The notes below the pieces were generated by a model. That model made no database searches, had not been told where the DNA came from, and worked only from the letters and a program-made list of their open reading frames with translations. From the NCBI GenBank assembly GCA_045613785.1, contig JAZLBQ010000007.1:1-64000 (forward strand): a DNA stretch of 64,000 bases. The letters run 5' to 3'. The stretch is from Candidatus Enterousia sp. Lineage in GTDB: Bacteria > Pseudomonadota > Alphaproteobacteria > Rs-D84. Each line of letters starts with the position of its first letter. Within the stretch, counting starts at the first letter, position 1. The translations under genes and the position numbers were made by a program. Shown piece by piece: positions 9,115 to 18,247 of this stretch.

Positions 9115-9927
9115 CTAGCTAGCTAGAATGTCGCGCTTAGGTGCAGAAATCAGTATGTAGTCAAGGGTTTTATCGGCCAGGGGTGAATTCTTGCAATTGT
9201 ATTGTTTGCAATATTCTTGGCGGACTCTTTTGCGCGTTTCCGAAATGTGTTTAGACAGGGTGTCTTTCTGTTGAATACCCATATCATAGATGAGTTTTGC
9301 GTAACGTTCCCTTGGAACACTTCTTTTGTGGGCAGATTTTTTTGCGCCTTCCACGCGGCTTTGACGTACGGAAAATGCACTTAAAAAGTTACTAAGTTCG
9401 CTGGTTTCCTGTATTAGGCGAGATACGTTCGCGAGGCTATATTCCAAACTTCTGTCATCTGGAAACAAACGTGCGATAATCGCAACTCTTCTGAATACAA
9501 TTAGAAACTGCCAAAAGATTAAACCAATGATACAATCATTATCAAATCCGGGTCTTTGTTTCTTCGTATACCATAGTTCTGTGGGGATGATTTTTCCTTG
9601 TTGTTGTTGCTTACGCAGATTTTCTATGAAGCCTGGCTTGGTTTTTGTTCCGGAACAAACCTGTATTTTATTGTCTAGGTAAAAAATCCAGCTGGACCAA
9701 GCCAGGTCCATGTATTCTTTTATTGTGTCAATGGCCTTAGAAATGTCCGCTGATGGCAGATATGTCTTTTCTGGTGCAACAATATTGGTCATATGTAACA
9801 GTTTCATGATTTCATGGCCGTACAGAGGCAAAAACTCTTTTCGGGCGAGAAGAGTATACTGGTCAGCGGTTGGTGCTTTCTTGGTGGGTAAAATAAACGG
9901 CAATAAATCATAAAAATCCTGTGTCAT
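9115..9927 (-). CDS. Hypothetical island protein
   Basis: 270-aa ORF with an AAAGG RBS. Confidence 0.7.
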   Translation of the reverse strand: MTQDFYDLLPFILPTKKAPTADQYTLLARKEFLPLYGHEIMKLLHMTNIVAPEKTYLPSADISKAIDTIKEYMDLAWSSWIFYLDNKIQVCSGTKTKPGFIENLRKQQQQGKIIPTELWYTKKQRPGFDNDCIIGLIFWQFLIVFRRVAIIARLFPDDRSLEYSLANVSRLIQETSELSNFLSAFSVRQSRVEGAKKSAHKRSVPRERYAKLIYDMGIQQKDTLSKHISETRKRVRQEYCKQYNCKNSPLADKTLDYILISAPKRDILAS

Positions 9928-10256
9928 CGTGATACCTTTTCTTATATGTAAATATGTACTTTATGACAGGCGTAAATGCAATGATTTTATGTGCGGAATG
10001 ATTGAATGTTATCTATTGAAAAATACGGATGTTTATCTATATTATGAATGTCCGCTAGGGGTGAATAAAAAACAAGAAAATATCAAAAATGAAAAAAATA
10101 TGCGTTGATGAATTTTTTTCTTGTGGGACACGAATAAAAACGTCTTAGTTTTAGAGTCAATTTTTCACGGTAGCAGATACGTAGCAAAAAAATATTCGTC
10201 AAGTTTTCAAGGGCGGTTAAAACAATAAAAAATCCCCTTGAATCAAGGGGTTGTTC

Positions 10257-10332
10257 TGGTGCCGGTTGTCGGACTTGAACCAACGACCTACTGATTACAA
10301 ATCAGCCGCTCTACCAGCTGAGCTAAACCGGC
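10257..10332 (-). tRNA. tRNA-Thr(TGT)
   Basis: 76-nt cloverleaf GCCGGTTTAGCTCAG...GGTTCAAGTCCGACAACCGGCACCA, anticodon TGT. Confidence 0.97.
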
Positions 10333-10425
10333 AATGCCAACCAATTATACATATCTGTAAAACAAACGCAAGCAAAAAAATCATAAAATACTTGCCTTTA
10401 TATTTATTTGGGGCAAAATATGTCC

Positions 10426-11685
10426 ATGACAAAGATAAAATTACCAGAATTATTGGCACCAGCAGGAACGTTGGATGCCTTTAAAACCGCCATATTGTAT
10501 GGTGCTGATGCTATTTATGCAGGGTTGCCAGGCTTTTCGATGCGTGCTCGTGCCAAGATTGATGTCGAAGGTGTAAAGCAGGGGATAGAACTGGCACATG
10601 CTGCTGGCAAGAAAGTTTATTTGGCTTTCAATCTATTTGCACACGACTTTGAATACGATAATTTACATCGTGTTGCAGATGTTATAAATTATCTGCAGCC
10701 AGACGCATTGATTGTGTCGGATCCTGGGATTATGATGTGGGTGCGTGAGAACTTTTCAGAAATGCCAATTCATATTTCGACCCAGGCAAATATTTGTTCT
10801 GCAAAAACTGTAAAGTTCTGGCAGAACGCCGGTGCAAAACTTTGTGTCCTTGCACGTGAGGTTTCGCATGCCGAGTTTAAAAATATTCGCACCGCATGTC
10901 CTGATATTGGGTTAGAGATTTTTGTTCACGGTGCGATGTGTATGTCGTATTCTGGGCGTTGTCTGTTGTCTAATTTTATTACTGGTCGTCCTGCAAATCG
11001 TGGGGCGTGTGCCCAACTGTGTCGTTGGAAATATGATGTTATTTTGCGTGAGTCTGAAACAGGTATTGAAATGCCAATTACCGAAGATGAGCGTGGTGCT
11101 TATATTATGAATTCCAAAGATTTGTGTTTGATGCCACGATTGGCAGATGTTGTATCCGCCAATCCGGATTCGTTAAAAATCGAAGGGCGTAATCGCAGTG
11201 AATACTATGTAGGTTCTGTTGTTCATGCGTATCGCTGTGCATTGGATGCGTATGCTGCTGATCCTGAAAAATTCGACCCGTCGCCTTTTATGGAAGATTT
11301 GAATCGCTTGGAAAGCCGTGGTTATACAACTGCATTTTTTGATGGGCCACTGGGGCCATCTGCACACAACTATGAATCGACTCGCTCGACATCAGATTGG
11401 CATGCTGCTGGTGTGATTACAGTTGTGGACGAATCGAATATCACATTTGAGTTGCGTAATGAAACACGAATTGGTGACGAGATAACATTTATTTTGCCTG
11501 GCACAATGGATTCTGTAACGGTAAGATTGTCAGAGCTAAGAAATGCAAAAAACGGTGAAGTTGTCGAAAAAATGGCGGCTGGCATGGGAAATTCTATTTT
11601 GATGCCACGCACATGGCTGGGTGCAGAACATAGTGAAAAATTTGTTCCTTATGTGCTGGCGTATAAAAAAAAGATTCGTTTTTAG
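10426..11685 (+). CDS. U32-family peptidase-like tRNA hydroxylation protein (TrhP/YegQ-like)
   Basis: PELLAPAG, HGAMCMSYSGRC, NRGACAQLCRW, SLKIEGR. Confidence 0.9.
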   Translation: MTKIKLPELLAPAGTLDAFKTAILYGADAIYAGLPGFSMRARAKIDVEGVKQGIELAHAAGKKVYLAFNLFAHDFEYDNLHRVADVINYLQPDALIVSDPGIMMWVRENFSEMPIHISTQANICSAKTVKFWQNAGAKLCVLAREVSHAEFKNIRTACPDIGLEIFVHGAMCMSYSGRCLLSNFITGRPANRGACAQLCRWKYDVILRESETGIEMPITEDERGAYIMNSKDLCLMPRLADVVSANPDSLKIEGRNRSEYYVGSVVHAYRCALDAYAADPEKFDPSPFMEDLNRLESRGYTTAFFDGPLGPSAHNYESTRSTSDWHAAGVITVVDESNITFELRNETRIGDEITFILPGTMDSVTVRLSELRNAKNGEVVEKMAAGMGNSILMPRTWLGAEHSEKFVPYVLAYKKKIRF

Positions 11686-11756
11686 TTTTTAAATAGGCCT
11701 AATTTATGGTATAATACACCGACGTCATATTAAAATCACACTAGGGGGGTGGGTGT

Positions 11757-14700
11757 ATGTCACGTGATACACTGTCATTTGCATATAAAAAGCTGATTAA
11801 GAAAATTGCTTTCCTGTTTGTTTCGTTTGCCATGGTTTTTGTGCTTGGTGCGTCCAGCTCGTTCGCTGCGGGTTATTCGTGTCCAACGCCTAATAAGAGA
11901 TATACATCGTGTAACGCTGGGTATTATTTGACCAGCACCAGTAATGGTAATTCGTGTGCTGCATGTCCAAGTGGTTATACATCGGAAGGTGGTTCGACCG
12001 TTGGTCAGGAAAATGCGTGTTATTTCCAGACAACTGCTGGTAAGGTTGTTGAAACGGCGAATAGCGCGACACAAACAAACTGTCCTGCAACCAAATACTG
12101 CCCATCGCACAAGGTTTATTATGGCAAGATCAGTTCGCAGGTTTCTGGGGCGATTTTGGACTGTCCTGCGGCATCGGGGGCAAATGTTGATACGTTTAGC
12201 CAGATGTCAACATGGCCAGCGGCAGCGTTTCCTGATGCAACATCTTCAAATACAACGATTACTGCATCGTTATCCAGTTGGAAAACGGGTATCACAAGTA
12301 AGGCAAACTGTTTGGCGAATTATACCCTTAAGTGGAATAATGGTGGCACAGAGTTGCACAAGGATAGCGTTCCGTATAATGAATCGTTGGGTCGATATGC
12401 AACGGTTGTAAGCGGCACAGTAAAGGGTGATTTGTATATCTCTAAATTGAGTGCGGGATATTATTTAACCGAGGCATACAGTTCAACATACTGTAATACA
12501 ACAACAAATCCAAAGTATTATAAGAAGGCAGTTGCTTGTCCTGCGGGTAGTTACTGTCCAGGTTATACGTCAATGCCGTTGTGTTCAGATACATCACATA
12601 CGTATGGCAATGATATGGGTAATATTTCATGTACAACGGTGGGGGATGGAACGTATAAAAACTCGGCTGCAAAAAGTACAGCGGCATCAAGTTGTTATAA
12701 ATCCTGTACCAAGGCCTGCACACAACAGTCAACGCCAACTGGGGCGTATTCTGTGACGCATGGTAGCAGTTCGACATCTGGAACCCAGTATTATGGTGGT
12801 TCGTGTAATGCGTCTGCATCAACGTGTTCGATAACAGTAAACAGCTGTAAGTCTGGTTATTATAAAAACGGTAATGCATGTTCGTCCTGTAGCGGCCTTG
12901 GCGATGGGACATATACAAACTCAGCAGCGGGTAACTCTAGTGGGGCAAGTGCATGTTATAAATCTTGTTCGCAATACGATTCGGGTGGGTATCGCTATAC
13001 GCCAAAGGCTGCAACCGCATATTATAATAACACATGTCAGTATACATCAGCCTGTATAACACCATGTTCATCTGTTTCAAATACATCAAGCACCCAGTCT
13101 TGTTCCCGAGCTTGTTCCATTGCGAACGGGACATGTTCATACAGCGGTTCGACCCAGACATGTAATGGTAAATACACATCAACGGGTTGTTCGTCTGCTG
13201 GGGTAACTTGTTCTGGTTGTTCGTCGTGGGGAACGTGTTCTGGTGGAACGATTAGTATAACTTGTAATCCTGGCTATCATTTATCCAATGGTGCCTGTGT
13301 TGAAAATGATTATACCGTTGTCTATAATGCAAATGGTGGAACAGGAACAACAGCGTCCAGTTCTCATAAATATGCAACAGCCAAGGCATTGACAACAAAT
13401 GGATTTAGCAGAACAGGTTATACGTTTGCAGGTTGGGCAACATCTGCATCGGGCAGTGTTGTGTATTCAAATGGTCAAAGCGTTTCAAAATTGACAACCA
13501 CAAATAATGGGACGGTGACCCTGTATGCGAAATGGACTGCGAACACATTTACAATTAAATTTGATGCTAATGGTGGCTCTGGTTCCATTGCAGATAAAAC
13601 ATGCACTTATGACCAGGATTGTATCCTGCCAGGGCAAAGTGGACTGACAAAATCTGGTTTTGTTCTGAAAGAGTGGGTCTATCATAACAATTATGATAGT
13701 CCTCATTATAGCATTGGTCATAATATTAAAAATATCGTGACCAGTGGAACAATCACGATGAGTGCTATGTGGTTACGTGAATACACACGAATTATCCTGA
13801 ATGATAACGGTGGTTCAGGGGGCAGTGGAACAGTCTATCTGAAATATGTATCCGGTGGAACATCTATGACGCTGACAAACTCTAGCAAGAATGAAATATC
13901 CAAGGTTGCAATACCAACACGCACAGGATACACATTTGCCGGATATGAATATGATTGGTGTGAATTTGATACATATTGTCCATCAGCACCGGATGGTGTT
14001 CATGATTGGAGAACTATAATCGATAGCAATGGTTCGTATTCAGGTAATATTACGTATCTTGGTAATACTTCCGAATACTGGAATGCACGTGCAAAGTGGA
14101 CGGTAAATTCATATACATGTGCAGCAGGTAAGTATCTAAATGGAGCCACTTGTTCTACTTGCGAGGCAGGATATGCTTGCCCGGGTGGCACGTGGACATA
14201 TAATGGATCTGTTCAGGGACGCAGTTTGTGTTCGGGGACTGCGTATTCCGGTTCTGGTCAGGCGTCTTGCACATCGTGTCCAAACAGTGCAACGGGTTAT
14301 TATTCTTGGGACGGTGACACATTGCACGATTCGGTGTATGAGTGTTATAAAAACGTGACCTATACTGCAACCTATGGTTCTGGAACCCAGAATTGTTATT
14401 ACACCAGTGGTTCTGGAAGTAGTGCCGTTTATTCAGGTAACAGCAATGCAGGCTGTGATACAAAAAAAATAACATCATGTAAAGCAGGATATTATTTGGA
14501 ATCGACATCTAATACAGATTGCACGGCTGTTGGCAAAGGCTATTATTCTGGCGAAGGTTCAACATCCAGAACTGCGTGTTCAAATAAACCAGATAACTCT
14601 GACTATACCAGTGCAACAACAAATACGTCGTCATCATGTCCATGGACTTGTAATGCCGGGTATGTCGGTTCGTCCGCAAACGGTAATACATCATGTTCAA

Positions 14701-17700
14701 ACTGTGGTGCTGGTAATTATTGCACAGGTGGAACCCACAAGGCAGCATGTCCTGCCAAGACATTCGGTTCGTCTGCGAATCTGACGACGTCTGCATGTAG
14801 CGGAACTTGTCCATCTGCGTATCCAAATTCTGATGCAGGAACGACCAGTGAAAATAACTGCTACACCACGTGTCCTGCCAAGACAGGGTACACACTAAAC
14901 AGTGGACGTGATTACAAGGGGATAACCGATACATGTTCATATTCGGCAAATACATATACAATTACACTGAATGACAATAATGGTTCGGGTGGTTCTGGCA
15001 CTGTCAAGGAAGTTTATAATACAAAATGGACCAACAGTAGTGGGACAACAATTACGTCTGTGACAGTTCCAACACGCAGTGGCTATGTATTTAATGGTTA
15101 TTATACTGCAACCAGTGGTGGTACACGTCATATCACAGCTGCTGGTGCCTTGCCTGCGAACACAACCTTTACGGCAAACACAACATTGTATGCCCAGTGG
15201 TCCCAGGCAACATGTAGTAAGGGCACGGGTGTTAGCACTGCGACAGCATCGGTCAGCGGTAATGCCGTGACCTGTGCGGTTACCTGTTCAACAGGCTATA
15301 GTAAAAGTGGTGGCTCTGATACAACATCGACATTTAATGTGTCTGGTTCTGCTGGCACAGCGACGGTATCAACGGCATGTAAGGTTCGTTCGTATTCCAT
15401 TACCATCAGCAAGAATGGTGGTTCGGGGACCTTGACAGTAAATGGCACGACCCAGACAGGGACAACGAATGTTACATTTACGTGTAATCATGGTTCGACA
15501 TTTACATTGCCGGCCTGGGCCAGTGGCAGCAGCAGTGCCAACAATATGACCAAGTCTGGTGCGGTATTTACCGGTTGGAATACCACATCGCCGGTGACGT
15601 GTAATGCTGCAAAAACAATTACAGCGAACTGGGGCACTGCAACCTGCACCAAGGGCACAGGGGTGTCGACGGCGACTGCCTCGGTTATCAGTAATAAGGT
15701 GACGTGTGAGTATAATTGTTTGAATGGCTATGATGATACAGAGGGGGCAACCAGAAAACCAAACGAAGGTTATACTAATGGTCATAATATAACAGGTTCG
15801 GCAGGTGTTGCAACCGTTGCAACTGTATGTTATCCAGCGTGTATCCAGATAAGTTTAGATGAGATACATGGTGGTACTGGTGGAACACAGGCGATATTTA
15901 AATTCCCGGATTCTACAACGTTTTATAGCGATGATACTTGTTCGACGGTGATAACCAGTGTGACAAAGCCAACAAAGACTAATGCGACATATTTGGGGGC
16001 ATATATATATCCTGATTGTATGTTAACTGGCGGTTGTTCTTTTGTCTTTGGGAATGAACCAGGTTGGGATGATTATCAGTTGATTGACGCAAATGGTAAA
16101 ATTAGCACAAATTCTGTGTTTGCAAATATTGGTCTGAACACACCTACTGCTGCGTATGCGTGGTATGATTGTAATTCCACATGGGAGGGCTCGGGTAATG
16201 TTATTACAGGGGCTTGCACACGAAGCACATATAAACTGGCGTATAATATGAATTGCCCCAGTGGTGCGACGTGTTCCAGTGCGCCAGGCAATACGAATTG
16301 CACGTATGGTTCGACCTGTTCGTTTAGTTCGATAACATCCACGTCATTATATGCCGGTGGTTATAAATTGACGGGTTGGGCAACGACGGCGACTGGCACG
16401 GCGGCAACCAGTGGTTCAAATATGACCACAACTCAGGGTGGGACGGTGAATTTATATGCGATTTGGTCGAAATGTGGTTCTGGGACATATCACCCGGCGG
16501 CAACAGGAACCGCAGCAAATGCGTGTTCGACCTGTCCTGCGACGGCATCGGGATCTGATGGTGCCCGCACCAGTGCATCAAACTGCTATATCTCGTGCAG
16601 TGCCAAGACAATCAGCAACGGAACAACGACTGTTGTAAATGCCAAGGAATATTATAATGGCAGTGCATATCCTGCATGCACATTCAATGTAAACTGTAAT
16701 GCAAAGCATGGTGCGTCTGGGAACAAGACAGCGAATCCTGCCTGCACGGCCTGTTCAACAGGGCAATACAGTGCCGGCGGCACAGCGACTTGCAGCACAT
16801 GCCCAAATAATTATCAGTCGGGTGCGGCAGCCAGTGCACAGGGTGGTTGTCAGGCGAAATGTTCTGCTGGAACTCAGGTCGCCAGTGCAAATGTAGCATG
16901 TTCTACGCCATCGAACACTACGTATGGTGCAAGTTGGTATACCGCTGAACACTATGTGACCTATGGCAGCACATCCAAGGGGCTAAGCAAGGTAAGTGCA
17001 TGTCCATCAAGTTATGCAACACCTGATACAACAACCGCCTCAAACCACGATGCCAAGGCAGATTGCACAATAACTTGTGCAGCAGGTAAGGTGGTTGCCA
17101 GCAATGATGCTACATGCTCAACCCCAAGTGGCAGTTGGTATAGTTCATCACACACAGTATCTGCAGGTTCGACATCTGGTTCAAACAAGAAAAGTTGTAA
17201 CAGTGGCTATGCAACACCTGATACAACGACCCAGACAGATCATGATAACTCAACAGATTGTTCTACATCATGTTCAGCAGGTCAGGTTGTGGCATCTGCG
17301 GGTTCTGCGTGTTCAACCCCAAGTGGCAGTTGGTATAGTTCAAAACATACAGTTAGCCAAGGTTCAACATCTGGTTCAAACAAAAAGAGTTGTGTATCTG
17401 GCTATGCAACAGCTAATACAACGACCCAGACTGACCACGATGCCGCAACAGATTGCAAAATCACGTGTTCTGGTGGGACATATGTGGCCGAAGCAAATGC
17501 AACATGCAGCGACGTTGGCAGTGGACATTATCGCAGTGGCAATGAAACAGTAAGTCAGGGCAGTGTGGGCAGTCGCAACACATGTCCATCAGGATACAGT
17601 GGTTCTGACAGTGGTCGTGATACCAACAAGGACTGTTATGTATCATGCAGTGCCAAGACTATCAACAACGGAACAACAACTGTTGTAAATGCCAAAGAAT

Positions 17701-18158
17701 ATTATAATGGCAGTGCATATCCAGCCTGCACATTCAATGTAAACTGTAATGCAAAGCATGGTGCGTCTGGGAACAAGACAGCGAATCCTGCCTGCACGGC
17801 CTGTTCAACAGGGCAATACAGTGCCGGCGGCACAGCGACTTGCACCGCCTGCACAAATGGACCTGCGAATTCTGAATACACGAATTCTGCATCGTCGAAC
17901 TCTTGTTCATGGAAGTGCAGCAGTGGCTATAACCAGACAGATGATAACCAGTGTGGGCAGTTCTGCACATCGGGTATAACACATCTTAAAACAGGAAGTG
18001 GGGTATCTGTGCCATTATACACATCTGCACGCACCACACCTGCATTAAATGTCAAGGTTGGCAGCAACTCGACCTGTTATGGCAGTCTGGCAACCGGAAA
18101 ATCAACAGGTGCATTAAATGTCCAGGTTGGTTCAACGACATACCACGCAATAAAATAA
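11757..18158 (+). CDS. Giant Cys/Ser/Thr-rich secreted surface protein with Listeria-Bacteroides (InlB B-type) repeats and GCC2/GCC3-like Cys repeats
   Basis: 2133 aa; signal peptide; YNANGG...RTGYTFAGW...LYAKW repeats; CPAGxYCPG units; internal duplications. Confidence 0.85.
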   Translation: MSRDTLSFAYKKLIKKIAFLFVSFAMVFVLGASSSFAAGYSCPTPNKRYTSCNAGYYLTSTSNGNSCAACPSGYTSEGGSTVGQENACYFQTTAGKVVETANSATQTNCPATKYCPSHKVYYGKISSQVSGAILDCPAASGANVDTFSQMSTWPAAAFPDATSSNTTITASLSSWKTGITSKANCLANYTLKWNNGGTELHKDSVPYNESLGRYATVVSGTVKGDLYISKLSAGYYLTEAYSSTYCNTTTNPKYYKKAVACPAGSYCPGYTSMPLCSDTSHTYGNDMGNISCTTVGDGTYKNSAAKSTAASSCYKSCTKACTQQSTPTGAYSVTHGSSSTSGTQYYGGSCNASASTCSITVNSCKSGYYKNGNACSSCSGLGDGTYTNSAAGNSSGASACYKSCSQYDSGGYRYTPKAATAYYNNTCQYTSACITPCSSVSNTSSTQSCSRACSIANGTCSYSGSTQTCNGKYTSTGCSSAGVTCSGCSSWGTCSGGTISITCNPGYHLSNGACVENDYTVVYNANGGTGTTASSSHKYATAKALTTNGFSRTGYTFAGWATSASGSVVYSNGQSVSKLTTTNNGTVTLYAKWTANTFTIKFDANGGSGSIADKTCTYDQDCILPGQSGLTKSGFVLKEWVYHNNYDSPHYSIGHNIKNIVTSGTITMSAMWLREYTRIILNDNGGSGGSGTVYLKYVSGGTSMTLTNSSKNEISKVAIPTRTGYTFAGYEYDWCEFDTYCPSAPDGVHDWRTIIDSNGSYSGNITYLGNTSEYWNARAKWTVNSYTCAAGKYLNGATCSTCEAGYACPGGTWTYNGSVQGRSLCSGTAYSGSGQASCTSCPNSATGYYSWDGDTLHDSVYECYKNVTYTATYGSGTQNCYYTSGSGSSAVYSGNSNAGCDTKKITSCKAGYYLESTSNTDCTAVGKGYYSGEGSTSRTACSNKPDNSDYTSATTNTSSSCPWTCNAGYVGSSANGNTSCSNCGAGNYCTGGTHKAACPAKTFGSSANLTTSACSGTCPSAYPNSDAGTTSENNCYTTCPAKTGYTLNSGRDYKGITDTCSYSANTYTITLNDNNGSGGSGTVKEVYNTKWTNSSGTTITSVTVPTRSGYVFNGYYTATSGGTRHITAAGALPANTTFTANTTLYAQWSQATCSKGTGVSTATASVSGNAVTCAVTCSTGYSKSGGSDTTSTFNVSGSAGTATVSTACKVRSYSITISKNGGSGTLTVNGTTQTGTTNVTFTCNHGSTFTLPAWASGSSSANNMTKSGAVFTGWNTTSPVTCNAAKTITANWGTATCTKGTGVSTATASVISNKVTCEYNCLNGYDDTEGATRKPNEGYTNGHNITGSAGVATVATVCYPACIQISLDEIHGGTGGTQAIFKFPDSTTFYSDDTCSTVITSVTKPTKTNATYLGAYIYPDCMLTGGCSFVFGNEPGWDDYQLIDANGKISTNSVFANIGLNTPTAAYAWYDCNSTWEGSGNVITGACTRSTYKLAYNMNCPSGATCSSAPGNTNCTYGSTCSFSSITSTSLYAGGYKLTGWATTATGTAATSGSNMTTTQGGTVNLYAIWSKCGSGTYHPAATGTAANACSTCPATASGSDGARTSASNCYISCSAKTISNGTTTVVNAKEYYNGSAYPACTFNVNCNAKHGASGNKTANPACTACSTGQYSAGGTATCSTCPNNYQSGAAASAQGGCQAKCSAGTQVASANVACSTPSNTTYGASWYTAEHYVTYGSTSKGLSKVSACPSSYATPDTTTASNHDAKADCTITCAAGKVVASNDATCSTPSGSWYSSSHTVSAGSTSGSNKKSCNSGYATPDTTTQTDHDNSTDCSTSCSAGQVVASAGSACSTPSGSWYSSKHTVSQGSTSGSNKKSCVSGYATANTTTQTDHDAATDCKITCSGGTYVAEANATCSDVGSGHYRSGNETVSQGSVGSRNTCPSGYSGSDSGRDTNKDCYVSCSAKTINNGTTTVVNAKEYYNGSAYPACTFNVNCNAKHGASGNKTANPACTACSTGQYSAGGTATCTACTNGPANSEYTNSASSNSCSWKCSSGYNQTDDNQCGQFCTSGITHLKTGSGVSVPLYTSARTTPALNVKVGSNSTCYGSLATGKSTGALNVQVGSTTYHAIK
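16591..17844 (+). repeat. Intragenic ~200-bp duplication (offset 1050) flanking tandem ~60-aa repeats
   Basis: 16677-16794 identical to 17727-17844 (118 bp); CSTPSGSWYSS repeats between them. Confidence 0.9.
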
Positions 18159-18185
18159 AAAGTCCCCCAAACGGGGGATTTTTTT
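18156..18185. terminator. Intrinsic terminator
   Basis: TCCCCC-AAAC-GGGGGA flanked by A and T tracts. Confidence 0.85.
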
Positions 18186-18247
18186 ATTGAGAACAGTTTT
18201 TATCCTTTTTATAATCTCCTTGCTTTTTACAAAGAAAGGGGATTTAT

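Larger units (their letters stand above)
2039..10301. mobile_element. Decayed genomic island or phage-satellite remnant integrated at tRNA-Thr(TGT)
   Basis: Identical 36-bp direct repeats at 2039-2074 and 10266-10301 (3' half of the tRNA); arm-like repeats just inside both ends; excisionase-like gene; no intact integrase. Confidence 0.85.

Noticed and set aside
16591-17844. Diversity-generating retroelement template/variable repeat pair
   Set aside because: Both copies are in frame in one gene, differences are mostly synonymous, 118 bp are identical, and the window has no reverse transcriptase.
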